The notes below the pieces were generated by a model. The model worked only from the letters and a program-made list of their open reading frames with translations. It ran no database searches and had not been told where the DNA came from. From UHGV virus genome UHGV-0115697: a stretch of 23,896 bases of DNA, one strand, 5' to 3'. Shown here one piece after another: positions 10,051 through 19,262 of the stretch (position 1 is its first letter; every line of letters begins with the position of its first letter). This DNA comes from a virus. The position numbers and the translations under genes were made by a program.

Positions 10051-10512
10051 TCACGTACTCGGATCATCTTTCTCGATGTAAAACCGATTCCACGTAAACG
10101 CGCTTTTGTTACCACTACCGCGAGGCATGTCATTTCTCCGCTCAAGTGGTGGTATTTTGGTTAAAGCGATACAGATTGTCTGATATGCACTGTCAGCAGC
10201 GGTAAGGAGAGCGTCTGACGGCTGAATGACGTTATCCATGCACACTTGCACCGCGAGTTTCAAAGCGACGCCATCATTTGCCCATGCAGGGATACCTGAA
10301 TCATCGTCCGGTAACGGCATGATGCCGTTTTCTGTATCAGCAAACTGATACCCAAGCTCGATACCTTTAGCCTGCCATGCTGCCATCATGTCTTCGAGGT
10401 CATTAATGGCATCTTCAATTGCCTGAGGGTCAGCATCTGTCAACGTGGCATTGGAATACAGCCCGGCTTTTCGTAAAGCCTTTAGAACGAGATCACCCTT
10501 CGTTTTCGCCAT
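10051..10512 (-). CDS. Head-tail adaptor protein (P22 gp4 homolog)
   Basis: 153 aa versus about 166 aa for P22 gp4; acidic; position between coat and gp10. Confidence 0.75.
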   Translation of the reverse strand: MAKTKGDLVLKALRKAGLYSNATLTDADPQAIEDAINDLEDMMAAWQAKGIELGYQFADTENGIMPLPDDDSGIPAWANDGVALKLAVQVCMDNVIQPSDALLTAADSAYQTICIALTKIPPLERRNDMPRGSGNKSAFTWNRFYIEKDDPST

Positions 10513-10681
10513 CTTCTTCCGCCTTAGCCACTTTATGCTTCGTTGCGGTTTCTTCAGGAGTTTTTACCCAGCCTTTTTTCAGGTGAGATTTAACTTCTTC
10601 GTCATCAACAATGATGTAATCGACAGCAAACTGACCACAGGTGATCATGTTGCCCGGCTTATAGAGCATTGTTCGTGCCAT
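10493..10681 (-). CDS. Hypothetical 62-aa acidic protein between coat and gp4
   Basis: ATG at 10681 with GGGAGA SD; starts right after the coat terminator T-tract; 20-nt overlap with gp4 start. No homolog recognised. Confidence 0.4.
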   Translation of the reverse strand: MARTMLYKPGNMITCGQFAVDYIIVDDEEVKSHLKKGWVKTPEETATKHKVAKAEEDGENEG

Positions 10682-10692
10682 TGTCTTCTCCC

Positions 10693-10715
10693 AATAAAAA
10701 TGGGGCCGAAGCCCC
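10693..10715 (-). terminator. Intrinsic terminator (minus strand) immediately after coat gene
   Basis: Stem GGGGC / loop TTCG / GCCCC (plus 10702-10715) followed on minus transcript by AUUUUUAUU (plus 10693-10701); 6 nt after coat stop. Confidence 0.6.
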
Positions 10716-10720
10716 TTAGA

Positions 10721-11980
10721 TTACTGGTTAGCCAGTACCAGGCCGGTAAACTCTGGAACCAATACACTTGCGCCAGCCAGCGTGGTGAATCGCGTCCACG
10801 TCTTACCTGCTTTGGCATCGAACTGGTAAGCCATGATGATGGTCGCCCCCTGCTCGGTAGTTGCCGTCATAACCTGCGGGCCCTGCCCGGTCGGGAATGC
10901 CAGCTTGCCGTACATCAGCTCTACAGATCCCTCAGCAAAGAAGATGTTGGAAGCCGCAGCCTTCTTGTTGAGAATGGTGATCGCCGCGTTATTCGCCGGA
11001 TTGGCGGTAACGTTCTGGTAAGGAATAGACGGCGCATCAGCGTTGTTTGGTGGCAGAATTTTCGGGCTGATGGTAACGGTGGTGCCATTTACCGCCAGGA
11101 CGCGGAATACCTGCGACTGGCCTGTATCCACCTTCTTGATCATGTGGACACTATTAACGCCTGCGATAGTGAATGCATCACCAACAGCCAGCACGCCAGC
11201 AGTAGACACGGTGATGTCGCCCTGACGGTTATCAGTAGGTGCGCCGTTGGAGTCCATTGCGGTAACTTTATGCGCTACTGCGCCACCAAGAGTTACGGCG
11301 GTGGCAGAACCTGCCTTCATCGCGCCAGCATAATCAACACGGAAGCTGTCGAAGGATGCCACAGGTGGGATCTGAGCTTTCTCATACGCCGTCAGCGTTG
11401 CGCCAACTGCATATGCGCGAGAGCCAAGCTCTTTAGCCAGGTCTTTGTAGTTGAACGGGTTGTAGAACGCTTTGCGCTGCCCACCCTGCGGCACACCAAT
11501 AGAGAGCATCATTGCGTCAATGCCTGCAGATGCGTTCCAGAGGTCTTCGCCGAGAGTCTTGCCGGTTGATGCCGAACCAATGGTGACCATGTTGGTAGCG
11601 CGGGCGGCCACCTCATCGACGATCAGGTTATCAACCCACGCTGCCAGCTGACGACCCGCCGCTTTACCAGCTTGCTCCTTATGCCATGGATCGCGCATTT
11701 CTTTTGCGTCCAGCTCGTAGATAACGTTTTCTGGCTCGCGGAAACGCGCAGGTACCTGACGCTGAACGAGTGAGTTTGCAGTTGCTGCGGTCAGATCTAG
11801 GCCGCTAACGGTTTTCAGATGGTAACCTTGAGGGCGATAAACTACGTCGCCTGCGCGTTGCATTTCAGTGTCGCCCGGGCGGAACTTGCTGCACTCACGG
11901 GATACTACGTTTGATGCCTCGAATCCATCAATGACGTTTTCAAATAGGATTTCAAGGTCTTTTGCTAATTGGTTAGCCAT
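10721..11980 (-). CDS. Major capsid (coat) protein, P22 gp5 positional homolog; sequence not P22-type
   Basis: 419 aa between scaffold and gp4; GGAG SD; followed by terminator; sequence differs from remembered P22 coat, so a divergent (Sf6/HK620-like?) coat is inferred from position. Confidence 0.75.
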   Translation of the reverse strand: MANQLAKDLEILFENVIDGFEASNVVSRECSKFRPGDTEMQRAGDVVYRPQGYHLKTVSGLDLTAATANSLVQRQVPARFREPENVIYELDAKEMRDPWHKEQAGKAAGRQLAAWVDNLIVDEVAARATNMVTIGSASTGKTLGEDLWNASAGIDAMMLSIGVPQGGQRKAFYNPFNYKDLAKELGSRAYAVGATLTAYEKAQIPPVASFDSFRVDYAGAMKAGSATAVTLGGAVAHKVTAMDSNGAPTDNRQGDITVSTAGVLAVGDAFTIAGVNSVHMIKKVDTGQSQVFRVLAVNGTTVTISPKILPPNNADAPSIPYQNVTANPANNAAITILNKKAAASNIFFAEGSVELMYGKLAFPTGQGPQVMTATTEQGATIIMAYQFDAKAGKTWTRFTTLAGASVLVPEFTGLVLANQ

Positions 11981-11998
11981 GCTTAATGCTCCGATAGG

Positions 11999-12892
11999 TT
12001 ATTTTTTTGCCTTTTTAGCGGCGAAATACGGCGTCCAGTCACCAGTTTCCAGCGCCTTGGCTTTCAATTTGTCGAGGTTGTTGATTACTGCGCCGTTGCT
12101 CCCCTTAACTGTCGGGGTTGTGGCTGCCGTGGTTTTTGCTTTTGGCATGATTCTGGCCTTCGATTCGATACGTTCCAGCAGACGACCAATTGCTACGGGG
12201 TTGGTAGCTTCTGCCAGTTGCTTGCGCAGTTCAGCGTTGCGACCGAGCGCCAGAACAACGATTTCCGGCTTCTCTGACTCAAACAGGATCGCGTTTTGTG
12301 TCTCGATGGGGATTTCCTCGAGTACGGCCTGCTCAGCTTCCTGATAGCCAGGAACTTTGAGAGCCTTAACACGTTGCTGATATTTGGATAATCGCTCTTG
12401 ATAGGCAGCCTGAAGCTCCTGCTCCTTCTGCTTGCGAGCCATCTCCTGTTGCTGGTACTTGCCGTTATCCTCTGCCCACTTAGTCATGCGTTGCTGATAG
12501 ATTTCTTCATCGAAACCGATGTCCTCATCATCCAGTTTTGGCATTCGCGGTGGTTGAGTGATTACCGGCTGCTGCTCGACGGGTTTCTGAGACTGACGCA
12601 TCAGCTCTTTCAGCTCACGGTCTTTCTCTTTAATCGTCTTGCGCAGGTGTTTTACCAGTCCATGCTCTGCGCCATCTTCGCTGGTTGGCGAATCCAGCTT
12701 TTCGTCACCAAAGTAGAATTCCTGTTCTGATTCGTCGTCATCAGTTTCAGTAGCTTCCTCTGCATCATTGCCGGAGGACTCACTGCCATCTTCTGTTTCG
12801 ACTTTTTCAGCCAGTTCGACATCATCAGGAATCTGCTCTGACGCGTCGGTTTCGATTTCAACTTCTGGTGTGTTTTCTGCCATCTGGTCCAT
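11999..12892 (-). CDS. Scaffolding protein (P22 gp8 positional homolog)
   Basis: 297 aa; highly acidic N-terminus, charged helical Q/E/K-rich body, basic C-terminus; located between portal and coat. Confidence 0.7.
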   Translation of the reverse strand: MDQMAENTPEVEIETDASEQIPDDVELAEKVETEDGSESSGNDAEEATETDDDESEQEFYFGDEKLDSPTSEDGAEHGLVKHLRKTIKEKDRELKELMRQSQKPVEQQPVITQPPRMPKLDDEDIGFDEEIYQQRMTKWAEDNGKYQQQEMARKQKEQELQAAYQERLSKYQQRVKALKVPGYQEAEQAVLEEIPIETQNAILFESEKPEIVVLALGRNAELRKQLAEATNPVAIGRLLERIESKARIMPKAKTTAATTPTVKGSNGAVINNLDKLKAKALETGDWTPYFAAKKAKK

Positions 12893-12982
12893 TTGTTACC
12901 CCTGTTTACTCGATGTTCAGCCCATCGGAAGGCAATAGGGTGCCAGGCCTCATAAAGACAGCCATTGCACGTTATGGGTTAA

Positions 12983-15187
12983 TTACTGCTGTGGTTGTTG
13001 CTGAGTTGATTTTTGCAGGATGCTGCTGATGTCCATGCGCTGCGCATGGCCCTGTGCCTGACTTTTCAGGACAAGCTCTGCATCAGCACGGGCATTGTCT
13101 CCTTGCTGTTGCTGGAACTGTCCGAGCAGTTTCAGCGCCTCACGGATATCAGATTTTTGCTGGCTATCGGCAGATGCGAGGATTTTCACAACATTTGCCG
13201 CAGCAACCTGAGCATCCGTCTGTGCCTGGAATGCTTTAACCTGAATGGCTGCTTGTTCGTTCTGCGCTTTCTGCAATTCAGCCTGACCAGCAAGAAGCTG
13301 ACCTTGCGCAGCAACCATAGCCGGATCTGGCTGACTGGCCTGTTGTTGTTTCGCCTGCTCAACCATCTGCTGTTCTTCTGGCGTTCTCGGCTTGATAACG
13401 CCAGACAGAAGCAACTGATTGCGGTTGTATTCTTTCAGGTCGTCCATCCCTTCGCCGTCCATATTGTCGAGAATCATCGACGATACAAGGTCATGCTTCG
13501 GCGTTCCTGGCGGGATAAGTGCCAGCATGGAAAGTAACGACTTAACCGTTGCATCACGGCGAGTAGCGAACGACTGACCGACATCGACAGTCACTTCGTA
13601 GTTACCCTGCGAAAGGTCGTTAAGCGCGATAACCTGCCCTGTCTGACGGTCAACCACTTCACCAGTCATCAGCGCCACGTCATCGCTGCCGTCCTCATTA
13701 ACGATACGCATCGGCGTATCACTGCCATAGACCTCACGCGCCATAGAAAGCCACACAACGCCAGCGCGGCGCATGGATTTAGCCATGTTGTCCATGTAGA
13801 TATATGACTGCGTGTCCATCCTGTTAAAGATGCTATCAACGGTATCGGTAGCGACGTTGCTCGGCATGTTCTCAAGCTGCGACGCACCTGTAATTTGCTG
13901 AATAGCCGTTCCGGTGTACTGTAATAGCCCGGCAAGAGCAGGAGGCATTTGTGTCGGAGGCGTATAACTGCTGACCTGAGCCTGCGCTGTAATATCTCCG
14001 TTTTTGTTTTTCAGACTGACCATCGGCAGGAACGCCGGGCGCTTTTTGTTTCGCTCCGCCCAATGAGTGGCGAGAGTACCAGGAATCATGTCAACATCAA
14101 CTACAGGAATGCCATCACCGCCAGCCTGAGTAGCGTTATCTGCAATCATGGAAACCATCAGGTTCTCAAGACGCTGTGCATCCATCGCTTTTGCTGCGTG
14201 ACCTTCGATTCGCTCCTGATTATCAACAAATGATCGACGCCCATATACCGGGATGAGAGGAATATGTTCGCCCGGAATACGCTTCGGTTCTTCCAGCCAT
14301 TCAGCGCCAGACAGAAGACCGCAATAAACTCGGCGCTTCTTCACCGTTCGCTCGCCAATCATTTCGAATGCACCATCGTTCAGCTCGTCGACAATATCTT
14401 TGATTTGCTCTTCATCATAAATTGCCGTTTCTCCGCTAACAGGGTTGCGCCACGCCGTGAGCTTCACCTTCTCTATGCGAACTTCGTAGTAGCGTCCAAC
14501 ATAGATGGCATCGGGCGTTGACCAGTCATACTGAGTACCAGTGTCATCACGAGAAAGGCTTGCCGCGATGGAATCAGGGTATTCAGCCTCGAACGCTTTA
14601 GGCGTCATGGAGAACATTTCCATAGCCCACATAGCATCAGAGCGGTCATATTGCTTGCTGTCCTGATCGAAGAAAACGCATGTCGCTGGGTCGTAAACAG
14701 GAAGAAGGCTGATGCGTCGCTGCTCGTTACTCGGATCCATTTCATCTTCGTAATCGGCACACATGCGGAAACAACCGAATCCGCCCGTTACAGCATCATC
14801 AAATGCGTTATCACACGCTTCGCCACCTGATGTTTCCTGATAGTCAGCGCGGAATTTGCCGTTCATTTTTTCGGCTAACGCTTCCGATGCCTTGTCATCC
14901 TTCGGCCTGAATTTAACGCTGATGCGATTCTGTCGATACTCGCCAATGATGCGATCACATTCACGGGCAATCTTATTTAGTTCAAAGCGCGGGTAATGCT
15001 CAAACCTGCCTTCATCAAATGAGTAACCAGCGTTTGTGCTGCCTTCCCACTGTGCACCGGACACCCTGACGAAACGTTGAGCCTCAATAATCTGCTCACG
15101 CATATCCTGCGTTGCTGACCAGGCATTATCAAAGTTGCACAGCACCTTGCGATGCCAGTCAGTCATCTTTCTATCATCAGCCATCAT
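12983..15187 (-). CDS. Portal protein (P22 gp1 homolog)
   Basis: About 734 aa; ATG at 15187 forms ATGA overlap with terminase stop; Gln-rich C-terminal barrel-like tail as in P22 portal; conserved position. Confidence 0.85.
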   Translation of the reverse strand: MMADDRKMTDWHRKVLCNFDNAWSATQDMREQIIEAQRFVRVSGAQWEGSTNAGYSFDEGRFEHYPRFELNKIARECDRIIGEYRQNRISVKFRPKDDKASEALAEKMNGKFRADYQETSGGEACDNAFDDAVTGGFGCFRMCADYEDEMDPSNEQRRISLLPVYDPATCVFFDQDSKQYDRSDAMWAMEMFSMTPKAFEAEYPDSIAASLSRDDTGTQYDWSTPDAIYVGRYYEVRIEKVKLTAWRNPVSGETAIYDEEQIKDIVDELNDGAFEMIGERTVKKRRVYCGLLSGAEWLEEPKRIPGEHIPLIPVYGRRSFVDNQERIEGHAAKAMDAQRLENLMVSMIADNATQAGGDGIPVVDVDMIPGTLATHWAERNKKRPAFLPMVSLKNKNGDITAQAQVSSYTPPTQMPPALAGLLQYTGTAIQQITGASQLENMPSNVATDTVDSIFNRMDTQSYIYMDNMAKSMRRAGVVWLSMAREVYGSDTPMRIVNEDGSDDVALMTGEVVDRQTGQVIALNDLSQGNYEVTVDVGQSFATRRDATVKSLLSMLALIPPGTPKHDLVSSMILDNMDGEGMDDLKEYNRNQLLLSGVIKPRTPEEQQMVEQAKQQQASQPDPAMVAAQGQLLAGQAELQKAQNEQAAIQVKAFQAQTDAQVAAANVVKILASADSQQKSDIREALKLLGQFQQQQGDNARADAELVLKSQAQGHAQRMDISSILQKSTQQQPQQ

Positions 15188-16680
15188 CCAACTCCGCAAG
15201 GTATGTTGTAGCTTGAGTAATCAATCTCTTTAGGATCTTTGATGTCTCGCATCTGTATTGCAAAACGCCTCATCATGTAGCCATAGCGAACAGCAGAAAG
15301 GATGTCGTCATTTAGCTTGACGATCTTCCCGTTCTCATCGCGGTGATACAGGCGAAACTCTTCAAAGAATGGCTCGCAGGTGTTAAATACCTTGAAACGA
15401 CCGTCGAGCATCATGTCGCGTATCTCTGCTATCCCGGGTTCGACCGCATTACCTCCATCAGGCCATGTTGCATGATCTGGCAACATATCGAACCCAGCGT
15501 CGGCATATTGTTCCTTGAGCTGAGCGCCGCCTCCCTTTTCGTGCTGATGCCCGTCATGAGGCCAAGCCGTAGGGGTGTTTTTGCTCCATGCTTTAACAGC
15601 ACTCCATGCCTCTGTCGCCTTCTTCTGTTTGGCCTTCCAGACGCGAGAAAGATAAATCACGTCCTCGTCTTTATCCCACCAAAGCTGGATGTGTGCCTGT
15701 GGGTGATCCCATCCGAAGTCCATTGCATTGATGACGTAGAAGTGATCAGGACACTCGAACGGCTGACACTTAATAGTCTCTTCCGGTATCTGGAAGATTC
15801 GACCACTACCCATCGTAGGAATACCGCGAGCACGCGCCTCTCTCTCATGCTCAGGATAGGATGCGATGATTTGCTCTTTCTGCTCGTCGGTATAGTGCTC
15901 AGCGTCATAGATGGTCATGTTGACCACTTTCTGCGACTTGCTGGGATTCTTCAGGAACTTGGTAACAACGTCAGACATCCCCATCAGCGGGGTAAACGTC
16001 AGAATTGAGAATTGCCCGTATTTGTTGGTACGGGTAAGACCTTCGCCATAAATGCTGTATGGTGGCTCTTCGTCAAACCACACGCCGTGGATTGTGTCAC
16101 CCTGCCAGCGAGCGCGGCCTTGCGAGTATGGTTTGAAGTAGCAGATTGAAATGCCATCTTCAACGCCATCAGTCGTGTGATGCTTAACCAGAAGATGATC
16201 AACAAGGTTCGGAAAGAAAGGAGACTTCTTCCAGCTAATGATGTCCTCTTTCGGTATTGAACCGTAGCCCGGCTCATCATTCTCTTCAATACGACCGCAC
16301 AGGATGCGTTGAGTCGTTTTGGTTACCGTCTCGTTTGTCTCGCCGCCAATCCAGAAGACAACAGGCTCATAGAAACGCTTACCTTTCCACTCACCGCCAT
16401 ATTTACCATCAGCAGGATAGCCTTTTGTGCCCGGATAACGCCCGGTAAGGTGAAACGCGACTTCAGCAGCACCAGTAAATGACTTACCAAGCTGGTTACC
16501 AGCCATAAAACATCGCTCTGGATAGTCATGCCCGGCGTCGATGAACTCAAGCTGTTTGCTGTATGGCGTAAATTCATATAGCAGGTGTGTGTTACGGTAG
16601 TTCTCTTCTTCTTCGAGTAGCTCGAGCAATTCGATTTGCTCTTCGTCGCTCAAGTTATCAAGAATCGCGTCCAGTTCCAC
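15184..16680 (-). CDS. Terminase large subunit (P22 gp2 homolog)
   Basis: 498 aa; [37 protein letters not shown]...[25 protein letters not shown] matches remembered P22 gp2 nearly residue for residue; GTG start with AAGGAG SD. Confidence 0.95.
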   Translation of the reverse strand: MELDAILDNLSDEEQIELLELLEEEENYRNTHLLYEFTPYSKQLEFIDAGHDYPERCFMAGNQLGKSFTGAAEVAFHLTGRYPGTKGYPADGKYGGEWKGKRFYEPVVFWIGGETNETVTKTTQRILCGRIEENDEPGYGSIPKEDIISWKKSPFFPNLVDHLLVKHHTTDGVEDGISICYFKPYSQGRARWQGDTIHGVWFDEEPPYSIYGEGLTRTNKYGQFSILTFTPLMGMSDVVTKFLKNPSKSQKVVNMTIYDAEHYTDEQKEQIIASYPEHEREARARGIPTMGSGRIFQIPEETIKCQPFECPDHFYVINAMDFGWDHPQAHIQLWWDKDEDVIYLSRVWKAKQKKATEAWSAVKAWSKNTPTAWPHDGHQHEKGGGAQLKEQYADAGFDMLPDHATWPDGGNAVEPGIAEIRDMMLDGRFKVFNTCEPFFEEFRLYHRDENGKIVKLNDDILSAVRYGYMMRRFAIQMRDIKDPKEIDYSSYNIPCGVG

Positions 16681-17146
16681 GGTTGAATAGCTCCTTGATA
16701 CGAGAGCGCCGCTTATCGCGATCTCCCTTATCAGGTGTCACGTCTTCAACTTGCGACTGCTCTTTGAGGCCCAAATCACGGGCGATGATGTTAGCGTTGA
16801 GAAGGTCAGCGGCTGCGCCAGAGAATTTCTGATCGTAGATGATGTCTTCCGCTCGTGATGTGACGTCAGAAAAACCTTCCATTGACCGGAAGGTTCCCCA
16901 CGTTTGCCTGGTGATATCAAGGAAGGTACACAATCCTGAAATAGTCATGGCTCGCATCTTAGGGATATTAGCCTTAATTATTTCTCCCTGATATGAAAAT
17001 ACCTTACCCTCCCATAGCGGGTTATCATCAGCCCACTCGAAGTATTCACAACAAGCAGCCCACAGCGCCTCAGGCGATTCGAATTTAGGATTTCGCCCAT
17101 GACTGCTGCGGGCCTCCCAAAATCGGTTGCCCTTTGGTGCTGCCAT
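16658..17146 (-). CDS. Terminase small subunit (P22 gp3 homolog)
   Basis: 162 aa; [38 protein letters not shown]... and ...[43 protein letters not shown] match remembered P22 gp3; 23-nt overlap with gp2. Confidence 0.9.
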   Translation of the reverse strand: MAAPKGNRFWEARSSHGRNPKFESPEALWAACCEYFEWADDNPLWEGKVFSYQGEIIKANIPKMRAMTISGLCTFLDITRQTWGTFRSMEGFSDVTSRAEDIIYDQKFSGAAADLLNANIIARDLGLKEQSQVEDVTPDKGDRDKRRSRIKELFNRGTGRDS

Positions 17147-17151
17147 ATTGA

Positions 17152-17241
17152 TTATTTCCCTTCTGTTTGCTTATCCCACTCTTCGCGGAATTTGGATGGG
17201 TTGTCGAAGCCCTGAGAGCCTGAACAAACTTTGATTACCAT
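17152..17241 (-). CDS. Possible 29-aa small ORF upstream of small terminase ([29 protein letters not shown])
   Basis: AGGAAGGAG SD 7 nt upstream of ATG at 17241; TAATG overlap with the Cys-rich ORF stop. Short, no homolog known to me. Confidence 0.3.
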   Translation of the reverse strand: MVIKVCSGSQGFDNPSKFREEWDKQTEGK

Positions 17242-17435
17242 TACTTAGCTCCTTCCTGCTTGCCTGTGTTTGATGTCGTTTCAGCAGCAGCCCCAGAGCA
17301 ATTAACGCTACCCGCAACACCATATCCATAACCAGTCTTGAAGAAATTGTTGCCAGTAAATTGGTTAACAATCTTCCCGCAGCACGGGCAGCGTTGGCAT
17401 TGGCAATAAGGGGATTGATTATTCCAGTGATACAT
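17241..17435 (-). CDS. Possible 64-aa Cys-rich small protein (CQCQRCPCCGK motif)
   Basis: ATG at 17435 with AGGAGA SD 6 nt upstream; track lists a longer 89-aa version starting inside the upstream gene. Confidence 0.35.
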   Translation of the reverse strand: MYHWNNQSPYCQCQRCPCCGKIVNQFTGNNFFKTGYGYGVAGSVNCSGAAAETTSNTGKQEGAK

Positions 17436-17808
17436 CTTGTTTCTCCTGAATGAATGGCAGGAAGTGATTAACCATCCTGTCCAGCATGTAACAGTACGTC
17501 TCGTTGGCATCTTCAGGCCTTGTCGTCACGCCGACATCAGAGCAAACGTAAAAGCAGACGTGGGCACACTCATGAACGAGCGTAGCGATCTGCTGATCGA
17601 ATACTCCAATCAGATAGCATCGCTCACCCGTATCAGTGTTTTCATAGTTGCTTGCAATCCCAAGATTGAATGGCTTCTCATCCCCGCTGCCGCCAAGGAA
17701 TTTATCAGCGTGCTGAAACTGTTCTCTGGTTGTTGCGAGGTAGACGTGTGCACTTTGAAACAGCGGAATGGTGAACGCCGGGAGTTTGTGCCATTTGTCC
17801 TTAGCCAT
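17419..17808 (-). CDS. Hypothetical 129-aa protein with HExxH motif (putative small zinc metallopeptidase-like)
   Basis: Motif LVHECAHVCFY; GGAG-type SD; adjacent to upstream 80-aa gene. Confidence 0.55.
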   Translation of the reverse strand: MAKDKWHKLPAFTIPLFQSAHVYLATTREQFQHADKFLGGSGDEKPFNLGIASNYENTDTGERCYLIGVFDQQIATLVHECAHVCFYVCSDVGVTTRPEDANETYCYMLDRMVNHFLPFIQEKQDVSLE

Positions 17809-17809
17809 A

Positions 17810-18052
17810 TCACACTCCAGCAGTGAACAGGTCTAACGCTTCCTTCGATTTACGCACCGCTTCGATAGTACGGGTCGTGATATCTGAATTAGCGCCGCCT
17901 GACTGGAAGTGAATTTTGAATAGCTCAAGCTTCAGCTCGTCAGTGCCAATGAATTGAAATGCTTCTTCTGCGGCTGCGTTCTGGTTCATGACCAGTTTGT
18001 AAATCTCTAACTGGAATTTCTGTTCTTCAGTCATGGGAATAATCTCTGCCAT
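17810..18052 (-). CDS. Hypothetical 80-aa acidic protein
   Basis: ATG at 18052 with GGAG-containing SD; ends one codon before the HExxH gene start; no homolog recognised. Confidence 0.5.
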   Translation of the reverse strand: MAEIIPMTEEQKFQLEIYKLVMNQNAAAEEAFQFIGTDELKLELFKIHFQSGGANSDITTRTIEAVRKSKEALDLFTAGV

Positions 18053-18155
18053 TGTTGGCTCCGTTTATCCGTTAAAAGGGATATCAATTAAGTTATCCCG
18101 TGTAGGGTATAAGCCATTATCAAAGCCACTCTGTAGGGAATGGCTTTTGTAATAA

Positions 18156-18536
18156 CTACTGTTCGCTTAGCTTCTGCTTCAGCAAGTAACCTTCGAGCAT
18201 CCAGATTTTGTTTACAGCATTCTGCCGGGCAATCTTCCGACCAATTTCTGCATCAAAGTTTTCCGGGCTTGCACAGGCACTCTCTCCGGTGACGGTGAAG
18301 CCATTCTTCAGCACCAGTACGCAGAAAGTGAGCAACTTCAATGGTGATAAATCACGATCGCCTTCTTCTGGTTTTTCCCTGCCACAATATTCGTTGCTGG
18401 AAATGGCACCATTTCGTCCATCATAAGCAGTAAAGTAATGCTCGCTTTTAATCACGTCTTCGATGTGCTGCAGGGTGATTCGCGGTGCCGTTTTGCCTTT
18501 CTCAACGATTTCTTTTTCGATTTGCTGGTCGTTCAT
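18156..18536 (-). CDS. Gp49 / Sf6 gene 66-family phage protein (function unknown)
   Basis: C-terminal LKNGFTVTGESACASPENFDAEIGRKIARQNAVNKIWMLEGYLL resembles the remembered Phage_gp49_66 family core; location after lysis genes as in Sf6-type genomes. Confidence 0.55.
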   Translation of the reverse strand: MNDQQIEKEIVEKGKTAPRITLQHIEDVIKSEHYFTAYDGRNGAISSNEYCGREKPEEGDRDLSPLKLLTFCVLVLKNGFTVTGESACASPENFDAEIGRKIARQNAVNKIWMLEGYLLKQKLSEQ

Positions 18537-18770
18537 AATTATGCCCCTGTGGAGTGGTTGCTTGATTAGGATGTCTTTCCATCAGTCCGCCACCACAAAG
18601 AATCTTTTTTGCCATAAGGCTGGAGGTTCATCTTTCAGTGGCTGCCAGTGTTATTTCCCCACTTTCTGGCTTGGGTTGCTTCGTGGTACTGCCGTTAACT
18701 GGTGACCTAGAATAAATTCCGGTTTCATTATCAAGCCCACCCGTAGATGGGCTTTGTAATGCCTACATGG

Positions 18771-19241
18771 TTAAATGATTTGCCAGTCTTCTGCTAGAAC
18801 ATCAGTCTGACTAGCCAGCCACGGTACTAATTTATCGTCCGCTGTCTTCATGCAAATGCATGGCAGCGTCACAAGGCCATTAACTCCGTCCAGGTCACAC
18901 TCAAACCCCCAAGCATTCTGCTGGATAATGAACAGATACATCCCCTTACCATTCCAGCCAGCACGGGCAACTTTATTCCCCAACTTGAGCGCTTCAATGG
19001 CAAGGCCGAAACTTAGCCCTGATACCGGACGATAAGCCTTTTCGAATACTTCTTTTGGACTCCAGCTAACGTAGCCATCAAAGCGATCGGTGTTAGGTTT
19101 TCCGCCATCAAGATATTCAACCAGATAGCCTTCATCCTCGCCGTTTTCTCCGGCAGGAAGCTGCCAGCCACGAAAATCGTTATATGCCTGTCTCGTCATC
19201 GGAAAGGCGTTAATCAGTTTTACGCCAATATGCTGGGTCAT
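18771..19241 (-). CDS. DUF2829-like protein (Tad2-type nucleotide-sponge fold candidate), 156 aa
   Basis: C-terminal half LSFGLAIEALKLGNKVARAGWNGKGMYLFI...CICMKTADDKLVPWLASQTDVLAEDWQII resembles remembered DUF2829 core; ATG at 19241 chosen because the longer track ORF would overlap Rz and the post-Rz terminator. Confidence 0.5.
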   Translation of the reverse strand: MTQHIGVKLINAFPMTRQAYNDFRGWQLPAGENGEDEGYLVEYLDGGKPNTDRFDGYVSWSPKEVFEKAYRPVSGLSFGLAIEALKLGNKVARAGWNGKGMYLFIIQQNAWGFECDLDGVNGLVTLPCICMKTADDKLVPWLASQTDVLAEDWQII

Positions 19242-19262
19242 AAAATTACCTATAGAGTTGGG

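Noticed and set aside
10445-11569. 374-aa plus-strand ORF
   Set aside because: Entirely antisense to the coat and gp4 genes; Arg/Cys-rich composition typical of an antisense artefact; no SD; breaks the otherwise uniform minus-strand operon.
13013-13537. 174-aa plus-strand ORF (and other short plus-strand ORFs 13054-14521)
   Set aside because: Antisense to the portal gene; low-complexity Leu/Arg-rich; spurious.
15343-16008. 221-aa plus-strand ORF
   Set aside because: Antisense to the large terminase gene, which is confidently identified; spurious.
17171-17371. 66-aa minus-strand ORF
   Set aside because: Third frame overlapping the Cys-rich ORF and the 29-aa ORF, which both have strong SDs; no SD of its own.
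18733-18754. 7-bp stem-loop (AAGCCCA / 8-nt loop / TGGGCTT) 16 nt downstream of the DUF2829-like gene
   Set aside because: No U-tract on the minus transcript after the hairpin, so not called as an intrinsic terminator; may be an RNA-stability element or a plus-strand weak terminator.
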